Origin: an uncultured cyanobacterium
GTDB lineage: Bacteria > Cyanobacteriota > Cyanobacteriia > Cyanobacteriales > Nostocaceae
NCBI GenBank assembly: GCA_963706595.1
Contig: OY970166.1
Coordinates: 4,512,001 to 4,576,000, forward strand
DNA length: 64,000 bases
Direction: 5' to 3'
Both the position numbers and the translations under genes were made by a program. This document shows positions 43,002 to 53,918 of the stretch, piece after piece (the first letter of the stretch is position 1; each line of letters begins with the position of its first letter). The notes under the pieces were generated by a model that saw nothing but the letters and a program-made list of their open reading frames with translations, did no database searches and was not told where the DNA came from.

Positions 43002-44207
43002 ATGAATCAAAATCCCCTGATAGATTCCGAACCGAAATCATCGAAAACATCTGGCTTGAAGCCACCATTAGCGGCGGCGCTGGCGAGTTTAGAAGTACCT
43101 ATAGATCAAGAGTTAGCTCGATACAGACGCACAAGAATGGGAGTCAGAATACAGAATCAATACCGTACGGGAAGTTATATCAGCAGTCAATCTCCAGATT
43201 TGCTGGATTATTCGGCGACTCCGAGCAAAGTTATACCAACTGTAGAAGACAATCATACTCAGACTCCGCCTGCTTTTATACCTAATGAGACTCCTGAAGA
43301 AAACCCAGCACCAACTGATGCTCAACTGGATGATTTCAACTTAGTCTCTGATTTTGAGTCTATCAACACACAAATTCCCCAATCCTCGACAAATTCTAGC
43401 AGCAGCATTGTGCATACGGTGGTTGATGCTGATCACAATCAAACCTCAGCCCATGATCATCCCTCACTACCAGATGACTATTTGGAATCAAGTGAAGCAC
43501 TGCTGCGAAGTTTAACAGATGAAAAACAGTCTACAGAGGAGCCGAGTCATTCCCGTGATCATTTGCTATCACCTTTGGGTATTGGCTCAATGTTACTGCT
43601 ATTAGTGGCTAGTCTCACCCTGGGGTACGTAGTATTTAATCCTAGTTCTCAAGGCTGGTTTGGGTTTAATTTAGGTAGATTGTTTTCCACCGACTCATCA
43701 CCAAACAGTGGGGAAAATGCGGTAAAAGTGGGAAGTAACACCCAACCTCAAGCAGAAGTTACACTTATACCTAAGTATCCTAATTTAGCTGCGAAAGAAT
43801 TTCCAGAGGTGAGAAACCCGACTGATGTAGTTGGTTTACAACCCAAAGTTCAACCAACACCCACCCCAATTATTACTCCGGATGTGCAGTCTTTACCACA
43901 ATTGCAGCCTCTACCTCCCGTAGATGTACCCTCAACTTCTACAACAGAAACTTTGTCTGAGGAAACGACGACTCCACCCAAGGCTAAGGCAGAACTCAAA
44001 CCAGCAGCAGATGGGTTTTATTATCTAGTGGCGGATAATCAAGGCGATCGCGCGCTCTCTAATGCCCAAAAAGTGGTTCCCGATGCTTATTTATCACCCA
44101 AACAAACTTTAATCTATCTGGCTGCAATTAAGACACCAGAGGCAGCACAACAAAGGTTGCAAGAGCTACAGTCTCAGGGTATCAAAGCCAGGATTCAGCA
44201 GGATTGA
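43002..44207 (+). CDS. Single-TM, Pro-rich protein with SPOR-like C-terminus
   Basis: LAAALASLEV..DQELARYRR N-terminus, DYLESSEALL, TM helix, AQQRLQELQSQGIKARI. Confidence 0.7.
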   Translation: MNQNPLIDSEPKSSKTSGLKPPLAAALASLEVPIDQELARYRRTRMGVRIQNQYRTGSYISSQSPDLLDYSATPSKVIPTVEDNHTQTPPAFIPNETPEENPAPTDAQLDDFNLVSDFESINTQIPQSSTNSSSSIVHTVVDADHNQTSAHDHPSLPDDYLESSEALLRSLTDEKQSTEEPSHSRDHLLSPLGIGSMLLLLVASLTLGYVVFNPSSQGWFGFNLGRLFSTDSSPNSGENAVKVGSNTQPQAEVTLIPKYPNLAAKEFPEVRNPTDVVGLQPKVQPTPTPIITPDVQSLPQLQPLPPVDVPSTSTTETLSEETTTPPKAKAELKPAADGFYYLVADNQGDRALSNAQKVVPDAYLSPKQTLIYLAAIKTPEAAQQRLQELQSQGIKARIQQD

Positions 44208-44475
44208 GTTCTAAAAAACTAAGCTAGGATGAAGAAAACATCTATCAAGTGAACAGTCATTACGGCATAAGTTGGGGGACTTAAACCCAATTATGTTTCT
44301 TAACGGGTAACTGATATAGCAACCGTCAAGGAGGTTAAAACATCAACGGATAATCAAACTTAGACACCATTCGGGTTTTAACCCACTCCCCACTCCCCAC
44401 TCCCTACTCCCCAGCTATAACTGGCGTGTCTCCCCAAGAACAGCAATTTTTCCCGAAAATCAATGGAGAGCCGAT

Positions 44476-45183
44476 ATGGAATTTATCAAGCGGATCTTGC
44501 GGATAATTCGCGCTAACATCAATAGTCTGATCGGCAATGCGGAAGATCCAGAAAAAATTTTACAGCAAGCTGTACTGGAAATGCAGGAAAATTTGGTGCG
44601 CTTAAGACAAGGGGTAGCACAAGCGATCGCTACTCAAAAACGCACTGAACGCCAAGCACAGGCGGCAAAATCAACTTCAGAGGAATGGTATCGTCGCGCT
44701 CAGTTAGCATTACAACAAGGTAATGAAGTTTTAGCACGAGAAGCTTTAACTAAACGCAAAGCCTACCAAGAAACTTCCACAGCGCTATTTAGTCAAATCG
44801 AGCAGCAAAATGAGGTGGTGGCTAGACTGAAAAAGGATATGCGATCGCTAGAGTTAAAAATGGGCGAGGCCAAAACTAAAAAAGATATGTACATCGCTCG
44901 CGCCCGTTCGGCTGAGGCTTCTGTGCGACTCCAGGATATGCTAGATAGTAGTTCTGCTACTAGTAGCCTGAATGCCTTTGAGCGCATGGAAGATAAAGTT
45001 TTGCAAATCGAAGCTCAATCTGAAGCGATCGCTCTACTGGGTACTGACGACTTGCAAAAACAATTTGATTCCCTAGAATCGGGTGGTGACATTGATGCAG
45101 AACTAGCAGCGATGAAAGGACAGGTTTTAGACGCAGGTGAAAATCCGCCACCACAAAAGTTACCTAAAAGTCAAGACTCTTAA
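44476..45183 (+). CDS. pspA: PspA/IM30 family protein
   Basis: RANINSLIGNAEDPEKIL, LAREAL, AFERMEDKV; lacks the C-terminal extension. Confidence 0.85.
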   Translation: MEFIKRILRIIRANINSLIGNAEDPEKILQQAVLEMQENLVRLRQGVAQAIATQKRTERQAQAAKSTSEEWYRRAQLALQQGNEVLAREALTKRKAYQETSTALFSQIEQQNEVVARLKKDMRSLELKMGEAKTKKDMYIARARSAEASVRLQDMLDSSSATSSLNAFERMEDKVLQIEAQSEAIALLGTDDLQKQFDSLESGGDIDAELAAMKGQVLDAGENPPPQKLPKSQDS

Positions 45184-45344
45184 TGATTGGGCAATGATCA
45201 TAGTTAGGATATATCTTAAAAAATAACGGGTGTCGGAAGTACCGAACCAAGCCGGAAAGATTACATTGAAATGGGAAGCTATTAAATAGTAAAAAAGCGA
45301 ACTTGCCCACAAAGCGCGTAAACTCTACAAGGAAATACACAATT

Positions 45345-46139
45345 ATGGGATTATTTGATCGAATTAAACGAGTAGTTAGTTCTAACCTCAACGACTTGGT
45401 GAATAAAGCTGAAGATCCTGAAAAAATGCTAGAGCAAGCCATCCTGGAAATGCAGGAAGACTTGGTACAGTTGCGTCAGGGTGTAGCTCAGGCGATCGCT
45501 GCCCAAAAACGGACTGAAAAACAGTATAATGATGCCCAAAATGAAATCAATAAGTGGCAACGCAATGCTCAATTAGCTCTCCAAAAGGGCGACGAGAACC
45601 TAGCACGACAAGCTCTAGAACGCAAAAAAACTTTTAATGACACCGGACTGGCGCTCAAAACTAGCCTCGATCAGCAAACCACTCAATGTGAAACCCTCAA
45701 GCGCAACTTAATCCAGCTAGAAAGCAAGATTTCTGAAGCCAAGACCAAAAAAGAAATGCTCAAAGCGCGGATTACCTCTGCTAAAGCCCAAGAGCAACTC
45801 GAAGGTATGGTGCGGGGGATGAGTAGCAGCAGCGCCATGTCCGCATTTGAGCGCATGGAAGAAAAAGTCTTGATGCAAGAAGCTCGCGCCCAAGCAGGTG
45901 CAGAGTTAGTCGGTAATGATTTAGAAAGCCAATTTGCTCAGTTGGAAGGTAGCGACGTTGATGATGAATTGGCGGCGATGAAGGCACAAATGCTACCACC
46001 TGCGGCTGCACCTAACCAAGCCCAACTACCGCCGGAACAAGAAACCACCGCCCCTACCACCGCCCCTAAATCCAATCCTGGAAGTGAAGTGGTGGATTCG
46101 GATTTAGAAGCCTTAAAAAGGCAATTGGATCAAATGTAA
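45345..46139 (+). CDS. vipp1: Vipp1/IM30 thylakoid remodelling protein
   Basis: MGLFDRIKRVVSSNLN, AEDPEKMLEQ; extra linker plus C-terminal helix VVDSDLEALKRQLDQM. Confidence 0.88.
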   Translation: MGLFDRIKRVVSSNLNDLVNKAEDPEKMLEQAILEMQEDLVQLRQGVAQAIAAQKRTEKQYNDAQNEINKWQRNAQLALQKGDENLARQALERKKTFNDTGLALKTSLDQQTTQCETLKRNLIQLESKISEAKTKKEMLKARITSAKAQEQLEGMVRGMSSSSAMSAFERMEEKVLMQEARAQAGAELVGNDLESQFAQLEGSDVDDELAAMKAQMLPPAAAPNQAQLPPEQETTAPTTAPKSNPGSEVVDSDLEALKRQLDQM

Positions 46140-46385
46140 CTTCACTTGACTACGCCAGAGGCGCGAGAACAAATTTTTTAACTAAGCGAGTCCCACACCT
46201 CATGGTTGTGGGATTTTAAATTAGTTTTAGCCAAAAATATTGACAAAAGGCCGCATTGTCTTCGGAATTTGAAGTTGTAGTTAACCCTTGAGGCTGAGGA
46301 GTATCAAGCTAACAGCATCTAGCACTTTTAAGATAAAGTATTCTGTGTGCGAACTTTGATCGATGCCACCTAATGGAGATATCTA

Positions 46386-46721
46386 ATGAGTAAGGGTGTA
46401 ATCACCATAACTGATAGTGAGTTTGAATCAGAAGTATTGAAAGCCGAACAGCCTGTATTGCTTTACTTTTGGGCTTCCTGGTGTGGTCCTTGTCAGTTGA
46501 TGTCGCCAGTAATTAATCTAGCGGCTAGTAAATACGGCGATCGCCTGAAAATTGTGAAAATCGAAGTCGATCCTAATCCGATGACTGTGAAACAATACCA
46601 AGTAGAAGGCGTACCAGCCTTGAGACTAGTTCAGGGCGAAACAGTATTAGCATCCACAGAAGGAGCTATTGGTAAAGAAAAATTACTCAGTCTCTTAGAT
46701 AAGCACTTAAGTAGTAATTAG
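46386..46721 (+). CDS. Thioredoxin
   Basis: FWASWCGPC active site, 111 aa. Confidence 0.92.
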   Translation: MSKGVITITDSEFESEVLKAEQPVLLYFWASWCGPCQLMSPVINLAASKYGDRLKIVKIEVDPNPMTVKQYQVEGVPALRLVQGETVLASTEGAIGKEKLLSLLDKHLSSN

Positions 46722-46792
46722 TCAATAGTAAATGACTAAAAACTAATGATTTACCCTGAGCGTAGCCGAAGGGCTAACGATTAACGACTAAT

Positions 46793-47962
46793 ATGCAGTT
46801 TGCTCAACGTTTACAACCCCTGCAATCCAATGTATTTGCTGATATGGACAAAGCCAAGGCTATGGCTTTATCAGCCGGAAAGCAGTTAATTGATCTGTCT
46901 TTGGGGTCTTCTGATTTACCAGCCAGTCCCCACGTCCTTGAGGCGATCGCTAAATCTGTCTATGATCCAAGTACCCACGGGTACTTGCTGTTTCATGGAA
47001 CACAGGCATTTCGCCAAGCCGCAGCTGACTGGTATGAACAAAAATTTGGCATCACAGTTGACCCAGAAACTGAAGTTCTGCCCCTGATTGGTTCCCAAGA
47101 AGGTACAGCCCATTTACCCTTAGCACTGCTTAACCCCGGCGATTTTGCGCTGTTGCAAGATCCAGGTTATCCCTCCCACGCCGGAGGAGTTTATTTGGCT
47201 AGTGGTCAAATATACCCAATGCCGCTACTGGCAGAAAACAATTTTTTACCAGTATTTGCGGAGATTCCGGCAGAGGTTTTGGCGAAATCACGGATGATGG
47301 TATTGAGCTATCCTCATAATCCCACGGCAGCGATCGCCCCTTTAGCTTTTTTCCAGGAAGCTGTGGCTTTTTGTCAGCAGCATGATATCGCCTTAGTTCA
47401 CGATTTTCCCTATGTAGATTTGGTATTTGGCGAAATTGGGGATAGCGTTCCTTCTGTGCTGCAAGCTGACCCAGAGAAAAGCGTCTCTATTGAATTTTTT
47501 ACCCTTTCCAAATCTTACAATATGGGCGGCTTCCGCATCGGTTACGCCATTGGTAATTCCCAGTTAATTCAAGCTTTACGCCAAGTTAAAGCCGCAGTTG
47601 ACTTTAATCAGTATCGGGGAATTTTGAACGGTGCGATCGCTGCTTTAACAGGACCTCAAGCCGGAGTCGCAGATGCAGTTTCTACCTTCCGTAAACGGCG
47701 AGATACTTTTATTACCGCTTTACACCGGATCGGTTGGCAAGTTCCCACCCCCAAAGGCACAATGTACATTTGGGCTAAATTACCCTCGCCTTGGCATCAA
47801 AATTCCGTGGAATTCTGTACTCAGTTAGTTCAAAAAACTGGTGTCGCCGCTTCCCCTGGTGCTGGCTTTGGCAAATCGGGAGAGGGATATGTCCGCTTTG
47901 CTTTGGTACATGAACCACCTTTGTTAGAAACTGCTGTAGAGAGAATTGCTGAGTTCTTGTAG
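46793..47962 (+). CDS. Class I/II PLP aminotransferase (LL-DAP aminotransferase-like)
   Basis: LIGSQEG, DPGYP, YPHNPT, HDFPY, LSKSYNMGGFRIG. Confidence 0.88.
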   Translation: MQFAQRLQPLQSNVFADMDKAKAMALSAGKQLIDLSLGSSDLPASPHVLEAIAKSVYDPSTHGYLLFHGTQAFRQAAADWYEQKFGITVDPETEVLPLIGSQEGTAHLPLALLNPGDFALLQDPGYPSHAGGVYLASGQIYPMPLLAENNFLPVFAEIPAEVLAKSRMMVLSYPHNPTAAIAPLAFFQEAVAFCQQHDIALVHDFPYVDLVFGEIGDSVPSVLQADPEKSVSIEFFTLSKSYNMGGFRIGYAIGNSQLIQALRQVKAAVDFNQYRGILNGAIAALTGPQAGVADAVSTFRKRRDTFITALHRIGWQVPTPKGTMYIWAKLPSPWHQNSVEFCTQLVQKTGVAASPGAGFGKSGEGYVRFALVHEPPLLETAVERIAEFL

Positions 47963-48409
47963 TTAGTTATTTTCCCATAAGTCAGTGGGTGGAAATAAAA
48001 TTAACTGGTGGGTTGGTCATTTGTCCTTTGTCATTAGTCATTTGTCAGGATTTCCGGCGTGTTTACCTTTGGTTTACTGAGTTTGGGTTTTCAATGCTTA
48101 CCTACTTAGTATGAGTTTTTAATTTACCTGATAGGAAAACACTCCCGCAACAGCCTAAGTATTTACACATAAAAATTCCTCAAAAAAACCGGAAGATTTT
48201 TACAGGAAATCCACAATAAATTTACTCAATTAAGTCTCTGTGCTGTGTAGAATTGGTTTGTACGCTAAGTTACGAAATATCGCTACTAATTACTGTTGTT
48301 TCTTCAAATAGCAGGATTGTTAAAAAGCTCAACCCTGTAGTGAAGCCCAGCGAAATTTATTAGTTCCAGCAGTATAAAACCACACTTTAACCACAATGGG
48401 GACTTGTTA

Positions 48410-49352
48410 ATGAAAAAAACTATTCAGACTCTAATGATTGGGACTGCAATGGCTGTGGGTGTGAGCGCGATCGCCGCTACCCCAGCCCAAGCCGGAAGCT
48501 TGACCAATGCTACTATTGGCGGCTCCAACTCAAGTGATTATTTGGTTTATGACGCTGATGGTACAAATACCTTTTTAGTGGACAATACCCAGGCAAATGT
48601 GCAAAAAGTCCTGGATGGAAATGCGAGCAACCCTACTGGTAATATAGAGTTAGCTGCTAGTAGTGAACAACTAGGTTTTGATTTCAGCAAAAATACTACC
48701 TTGACAGGACAAATCGGTGGTAGAGATATCACTCTGAGCAGTCTCACATCTGCGGACTGGTTCAGTACCTGGATCAGGCTCTAGTACCTCCTATGGAGCA
48801 GATAACTTCGCCAACACTTGGTTTAATGCGTTTTATAATGCAAGTGGTTTAGTAAATAAAGAGTCTGGAATTAAAGCAGCCATAGGCGTACCAAATTTCA
48901 CTCCTAGCTCGGTTTTACGTGGACTAGCGTTTGATGCATTTAAACTTGTTGGTGGTTTCCAACGCGCCAGTGACCCCAATATTTCTTACGTTAACCAAGA
49001 TAAAATTAGTGGCGAAATCAAGATTGGGTTAGCTGGTCACTATGATTTAAAAGCTTATTACACTGATTTGTTGGGAGACTTTGGTCTATTTATCGATGAT
49101 AAATTCCAAGCCAGTGAAGTGGTTAAGTACTCTTATGAAGGCAATACTGCTTTTCTTTACAGTTTCTCAGCTACAGACAGTGGTTTGACAGCACGGAATA
49201 TGGTCAATGATCACAGTGGCAATTATGAAGTTACCATTGCCGGTGTACCACCAACATCAACATCAGTCCCAGAACCTTCAGTAATTTTGGGTATCCTGGG
49301 TGTTGCTGGTGTGTTCGCCACACAACGCAAATTCAACAAAGTATCTAGTTAA
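48410..49352 (+). CDS. PEP-CTERM secreted protein; +1 frameshift at ~48768
   Basis: Signal peptide, NPTGNIEL; removing one C gives an open frame WFSTGSGSSTSYGADNFANTWF...GGFQRASDPNISYV...IGLAGH...HSGNYEV...VPEPS + TM + RK. Confidence 0.82.
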
Positions 49353-49515
49353 AGCTGCTGTTTATTGAAAATGACGAAAATAATCAAGGAGCTAAATGCT
49401 CCTTTTTTTGACTTTTCGCAGTTATTACGATTGTAATCAGCAGTATTTTGGATAATCCACACAAAAAATTTATTTTTCTTAAAATAAGAATAGATGAAAT
49501 TACCTAAATTAGGTT

Positions 49516-51393
49516 GTGGCAATATCTGCTCGAATAGTACCACTGATTAAAGATCCAGAACGTCTGGAAAACCGTCTAGCTGAAATTCCCCCGGAACCGG
49601 GAGTTTATTTCATGCGGGATGGTGGCGATCGCATAATATATATAGGTAAATCCCGAAAATTGCGATCGCGTGTTCGTTCCTATTTTCGGGATGGATATAA
49701 CAAAAGCGATCGCATAGCCACAATGGTTAAGCAGGTGACAGAAATTGAGTTTATTGTCACTGATACAGAAGCTGAAGCTTTGGCGCTGGAAGCCAACTTA
49801 ATCAAGCAGCATCAGCCCTATTTTAACGTTTTACTCAAAGATGATAAAAAGTATCCTTATGTCTGTATTACCTGGTCAGAAGACTATCCGCGAATTTTTA
49901 TCACCCGTAAACGCCAACTAGGTAAAATAAAGGATAAGTTTTACGGACCTTATACAGATACAAGTTTATTACGAGAGATATTACGCATCTCTAAACGCAT
50001 TTTTGCACTACGACAACGACCTCAACCACTGTTCAAAGACCGTCCTTGCTTAAATTATGACTTAGGGCGGTGTCCCGGCGTGTGTCAACAGTTAATTTCT
50101 CCCGAAGAATACCGCAAAACAGTGTTGAAAGTGGCGATGGTGTTCCAAGGAAGAACTCAAGAATTGATTGATATTCTTAGCACACAAATGCAAACCGCAG
50201 CCGAAGCGTTAAACTTTGAATTAGCGGCGCGGGTTCGTGACCAAATCACCGGGTTAAAATCGCTGAATGCTGACCAAAAAGTTTCCCTACCAGATGATAC
50301 CGTTTCACGGGATGCTTTAGCACTGGCAACCGATAAAGAACGCGCTTGTATTCAATTATTTCAGATTCGCGCCGGACAATTGGTCGGACGTTTAGCATTT
50401 ATTGCAGATAGTCACGCTGAACCTGGAGCTATTTTACAACGAGTTTTAGAGTCACATTATCAAACTGCCGATGCGGTAGAGATTCCCATAGAGATTTTAG
50501 TCCAGCATGAGTTACCAGATGCGGAAATCTTGGCGGATGTTTTGACTCAACGCAAGGGAAGAAAAGTCACAATTTTAGCTCCCCAGCGCCAAACTAAGGC
50601 AGAATTAATAGAGATGGTAGAGCGAAATGCTGAGTATGAATTGCAAAGAATGCAAAAACTAAGCGATCGCAACCATGAAGCAATGCAAGATTTAACCAAT
50701 ATTCTCGATTTACCCGATTTACCCCACCGCATCGAAGGTTATGATATTTCTCACATTCAGGGTTCCAATGCTGTAGCTTCTCAAGTTGTGTTTATTGATG
50801 GTTTACCGGGAAAACAGCATTATCGCCACTATAAAATTAAAAATCCCACAGTTACAGCTGGACATTCCGATGATTTTGCTAGTTTAGCCGAAGTTATCCA
50901 GAGACGGTTTCGCAAGTATAGCGAAGATGCAAAATTAGCCAGAGTGGGAAATCCTGACTGGCCTGATTTAATTATGATTGATGGTGGTAAAGGTCAATTA
51001 TCTGCTGTTGTCGCTGTTTTGCAAGAAATGGATTTATTAGAAGATTTGCGCGTTGTCAGTTTAGCGAAGCAGCGAGAAGAGATTTTTGTACCCGGAGAAT
51101 CGCAACCTTTGGAAACTGACGCAGAACAGCCAGGAGTGCAGTTATTGCGGCGGTTAAGAGATGAAGCACACAGATTTGCAGTGAGTTTCCATCGTCAACA
51201 GCGTAGTGATAAATTTAGGCGATCGCGTTTAGATGAAATTCCCGGTTTAGGACACCATCGCCAAAAGCAGCTTTTAGGGCATTTTCGCTCAGTCGATTAT
51301 ATCCGACAAGCCACACCCGTACAATTAGCTGAGGTTCCGGGAATTGGACCCAGATTAGCCCAAGAAATTTACGATTATTTCCATCCCGCTTAG
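49516..51393 (+). CDS. uvrC: Excinuclease ABC subunit C
   Basis: [21 protein letters not shown] (GIY-YIG), [25 protein letters not shown], HhH. Confidence 0.96.
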   Translation: MAISARIVPLIKDPERLENRLAEIPPEPGVYFMRDGGDRIIYIGKSRKLRSRVRSYFRDGYNKSDRIATMVKQVTEIEFIVTDTEAEALALEANLIKQHQPYFNVLLKDDKKYPYVCITWSEDYPRIFITRKRQLGKIKDKFYGPYTDTSLLREILRISKRIFALRQRPQPLFKDRPCLNYDLGRCPGVCQQLISPEEYRKTVLKVAMVFQGRTQELIDILSTQMQTAAEALNFELAARVRDQITGLKSLNADQKVSLPDDTVSRDALALATDKERACIQLFQIRAGQLVGRLAFIADSHAEPGAILQRVLESHYQTADAVEIPIEILVQHELPDAEILADVLTQRKGRKVTILAPQRQTKAELIEMVERNAEYELQRMQKLSDRNHEAMQDLTNILDLPDLPHRIEGYDISHIQGSNAVASQVVFIDGLPGKQHYRHYKIKNPTVTAGHSDDFASLAEVIQRRFRKYSEDAKLARVGNPDWPDLIMIDGGKGQLSAVVAVLQEMDLLEDLRVVSLAKQREEIFVPGESQPLETDAEQPGVQLLRRLRDEAHRFAVSFHRQQRSDKFRRSRLDEIPGLGHHRQKQLLGHFRSVDYIRQATPVQLAEVPGIGPRLAQEIYDYFHPA

Positions 51394-51500
51394 TCGGAAT
51401 TTTATTCCTCAATCATTAATCTACCTAGAATTTCATTCCATTTCTCTTTGTGAATTTTCTGAATTTCATTATCTGACTCGATTAATTGTGAATATAAATC

Positions 51501-51662
51501 TAGGACTTACGAATTGACAATAAACAATAAATATGTGTGGCGCTAAAAGCACATATTTAGTAGGGGGTATATTTGCTATCAACATAATCATTGTTCAAAG
51601 TCGGAAATTGGCTATTTTGGTAATAGCATATCATGATTAATTTGTACAGTACGTAAGTTCTA
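51501..51662. mobile_element. MITE (AGGACTTAC TIR family), shortest copy
   Basis: TAGGACTTACG...CGTAAGTTCTA ends; body nearly identical to the 28002 and 9074-9223 copies. Confidence 0.7.
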
Positions 51663-52257
51663 AAATCAATAATTAAATATATTTTTGTAGGTTGGGTTGA
51701 GCAACGCGAAACCCAACGCCTCAACCCAACCTACGTTAATTAATAGCAAAGTTTATACCAATTTAATATTTTTTATTTACAGACTTAGCTGTGTTATTTT
51801 ACGTGTAAACATTTTATATAAATGTAATTTATATAACATCAAAACTTTTGCTCCAACATCTTTATAAAGCAAATATTAACTAAATCTTAAAAGAAAAAAT
51901 TTTGTTACCAAAGATACAGTATTTTCTAGCTGTTAATTTTTCAATACAAGAACGGCTTTTAATAATTGTCTAACATAACCCTAGAATAGGACTATCTCAA
52001 GGGAATAGTAATGGGGATCACCAAAATTCTAAGAAGATGTGTAATTATAAAATTAATTTATATATCTAAGGTGGGATGGTAAATGCAGTCAAAAATGAAG
52101 ATAATGTATAAAACGTGAAAAAATGTAAATCTAAAATTTTCTTTAAAATAGTTAGCCAATCTCAAGGCTGTTTGTTGATTTGAACCAAATTAAAATATCT
52201 GCCGTTTTAAGTTGCACTTTTGTTAAATAAGAAATAATTACAACCAGGGGTTTTAAA

Positions 52258-52455
52258 ATGAATACAGTTCAAAAAGTTCACTGTCCAAATTGTGGCAGCA
52301 ATGCGGAGCGTCACTATATTTCTGATAGTCAATTAACTCGGACACAATGCCCAAGTTGCGATTACTTGATGATTACTTGTACTGTTACTGGCAAGGTAAT
52401 TGAGGCTTACGCCCCAGGAATTAGTGCCAAAAAACAATTGAGTTCTAAGGTTTAA
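52258..52455 (+). CDS. Small Zn-ribbon protein
   Basis: CPNCGS.AERH...TQCPSCDYLMITC...VIEAYAPG. Confidence 0.75.
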   Translation: MNTVQKVHCPNCGSNAERHYISDSQLTRTQCPSCDYLMITCTVTGKVIEAYAPGISAKKQLSSKV

Positions 52456-52524
52456 TTAATAGAATATGGACGCGATTATATAGATAATATAGACGCGATA
52501 AATCGCGTCTCTACAAGGGGGATT

Positions 52525-53583
52525 TTATTTGCTGGCGCGAAGTTGTCCACAAGCTGCGTCGGCTTCTAAACCACGAGAATAACGGACACTCACAGCAGTG
52601 TTTTGTTGTTTGAGAATGTTAACAAATGCTTGAATGCGATCGCCACTAGGGCGTTTATAATCAACTTCGCTGATGGGATTGTAGGGAATCAAATTGACGT
52701 GGCTTTGGAATCCTCTCAGACATTTTGCCAGTTGCATGGCGTGTTCTGGTAAGTCGTTGAACCCAGCCAAAAGCACATATTCAAAAGATATGCGTCTTCT
52801 GGTGATTTCTACATATTCCCGACATTCATCGAGTAAATCTTCTAGGGGATAGGGACGGGCGCTGGGAATCAGTTCTTCTCTAAGTGCTTGGTTAGGTGCG
52901 TGCAGACTTACAGCCAGAGTGACTTGTAAATTGTGTTTGGCAAACTCACGGATACGACCACGAATACCAACTGTAGAAACGGTAAGCGATCGCTGTCCAA
53001 TACCGATATCTTGATTCAAAGATTTCAAAGATTTTAACACATTCTCAGTGTTTAATAACGGTTCACCCATCCCCATATACACTACATGGCTCACCCGTTG
53101 CTGAAAATCTTCTTGTACAGTCAAAACTTGATCGACAATTTCATGGGTTTCCAAATTGCGCGTGTAGCCACCCTTACCAGTAGCGCAGAAATCACACGCC
53201 ATTGGACAACCTACCTGGGTAGAAACACAAACCGTCAGGCGTTTTGCGGTGGGAATACCAACAGTTTCAATGATTTGACCGTCTGCAAGTTTTAAAAGAT
53301 ATTTGATCGTGCCATCGGGTGCAACAGCACGATGATGTATGATAGAGCGTCCAATGGGGACTTCTGCAACTTCTGCACGCCATTGTTTCGGGAATGCAGA
53401 AATATCAGCTAGCGATCGCACACCCTTATGATAAATCCAATCGTGCAGTTGCTTACCTCTATAAGCTGGTTGTCCATGTTGCTGTACCCAAAGGCTTAAC
53501 TCGGCAACTGAAGCACCTAGTAGGGGCGGAATTAGTTCTGATTTTACTGAATCAACCTGAGAAACAAGCGGTGTAGCAGACAT
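52525..53583 (-). CDS. rlmN: 23S rRNA A2503 methyltransferase (radical SAM)
   Basis: [43 protein letters not shown]. Confidence 0.95.
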   Translation of the reverse strand: MSATPLVSQVDSVKSELIPPLLGASVAELSLWVQQHGQPAYRGKQLHDWIYHKGVRSLADISAFPKQWRAEVAEVPIGRSIIHHRAVAPDGTIKYLLKLADGQIIETVGIPTAKRLTVCVSTQVGCPMACDFCATGKGGYTRNLETHEIVDQVLTVQEDFQQRVSHVVYMGMGEPLLNTENVLKSLKSLNQDIGIGQRSLTVSTVGIRGRIREFAKHNLQVTLAVSLHAPNQALREELIPSARPYPLEDLLDECREYVEITRRRISFEYVLLAGFNDLPEHAMQLAKCLRGFQSHVNLIPYNPISEVDYKRPSGDRIQAFVNILKQQNTAVSVRYSRGLEADAACGQLRASK

Positions 53584-53675
53584 AAATATTTTATTTATTT
53601 TATTTAAAAATTGATGCTAGATTTCTATCCTACAACTTTCACATCCATTTGGGCGTGATGTGTATGAGCAACGAA

Positions 53676-53917
53676 CCGCATAAAGCCTTCGGCATAGCTA
53701 GAACCTCCGGTACGCTACCGCGAAGGCTTATGGCGCAAGCCTCTCCCCTTGGGAGCGGTGTACACACATCTTGGCAATCAAGCACAGACCTTGAATTTAC
53801 CCCCCTTAATTCCTTTGCAAGGGGAGGGTTAGGGTGGTGTAATGTGAGGACTGGTAGTGATTCGATCACTTGTGTGTACATCGTAGCCTCGCTTGTGGGG
53901 AGGGGGTGGGAGTGGGG
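53676..53917. repeat. Cluster of small dispersed repeats and a TIR element
   Basis: GGTGTACACACA...TGTGTGTACATC inverted ends plus short GC-rich hairpins. Confidence 0.5.
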
Positions 53918-53918
53918 T

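Noticed and set aside
44476..46139. Tandem PspA/Vipp1 paralogs as a novelty
   Set aside because: An adjacent pspA-vipp1 pair is a known arrangement in cyanobacteria
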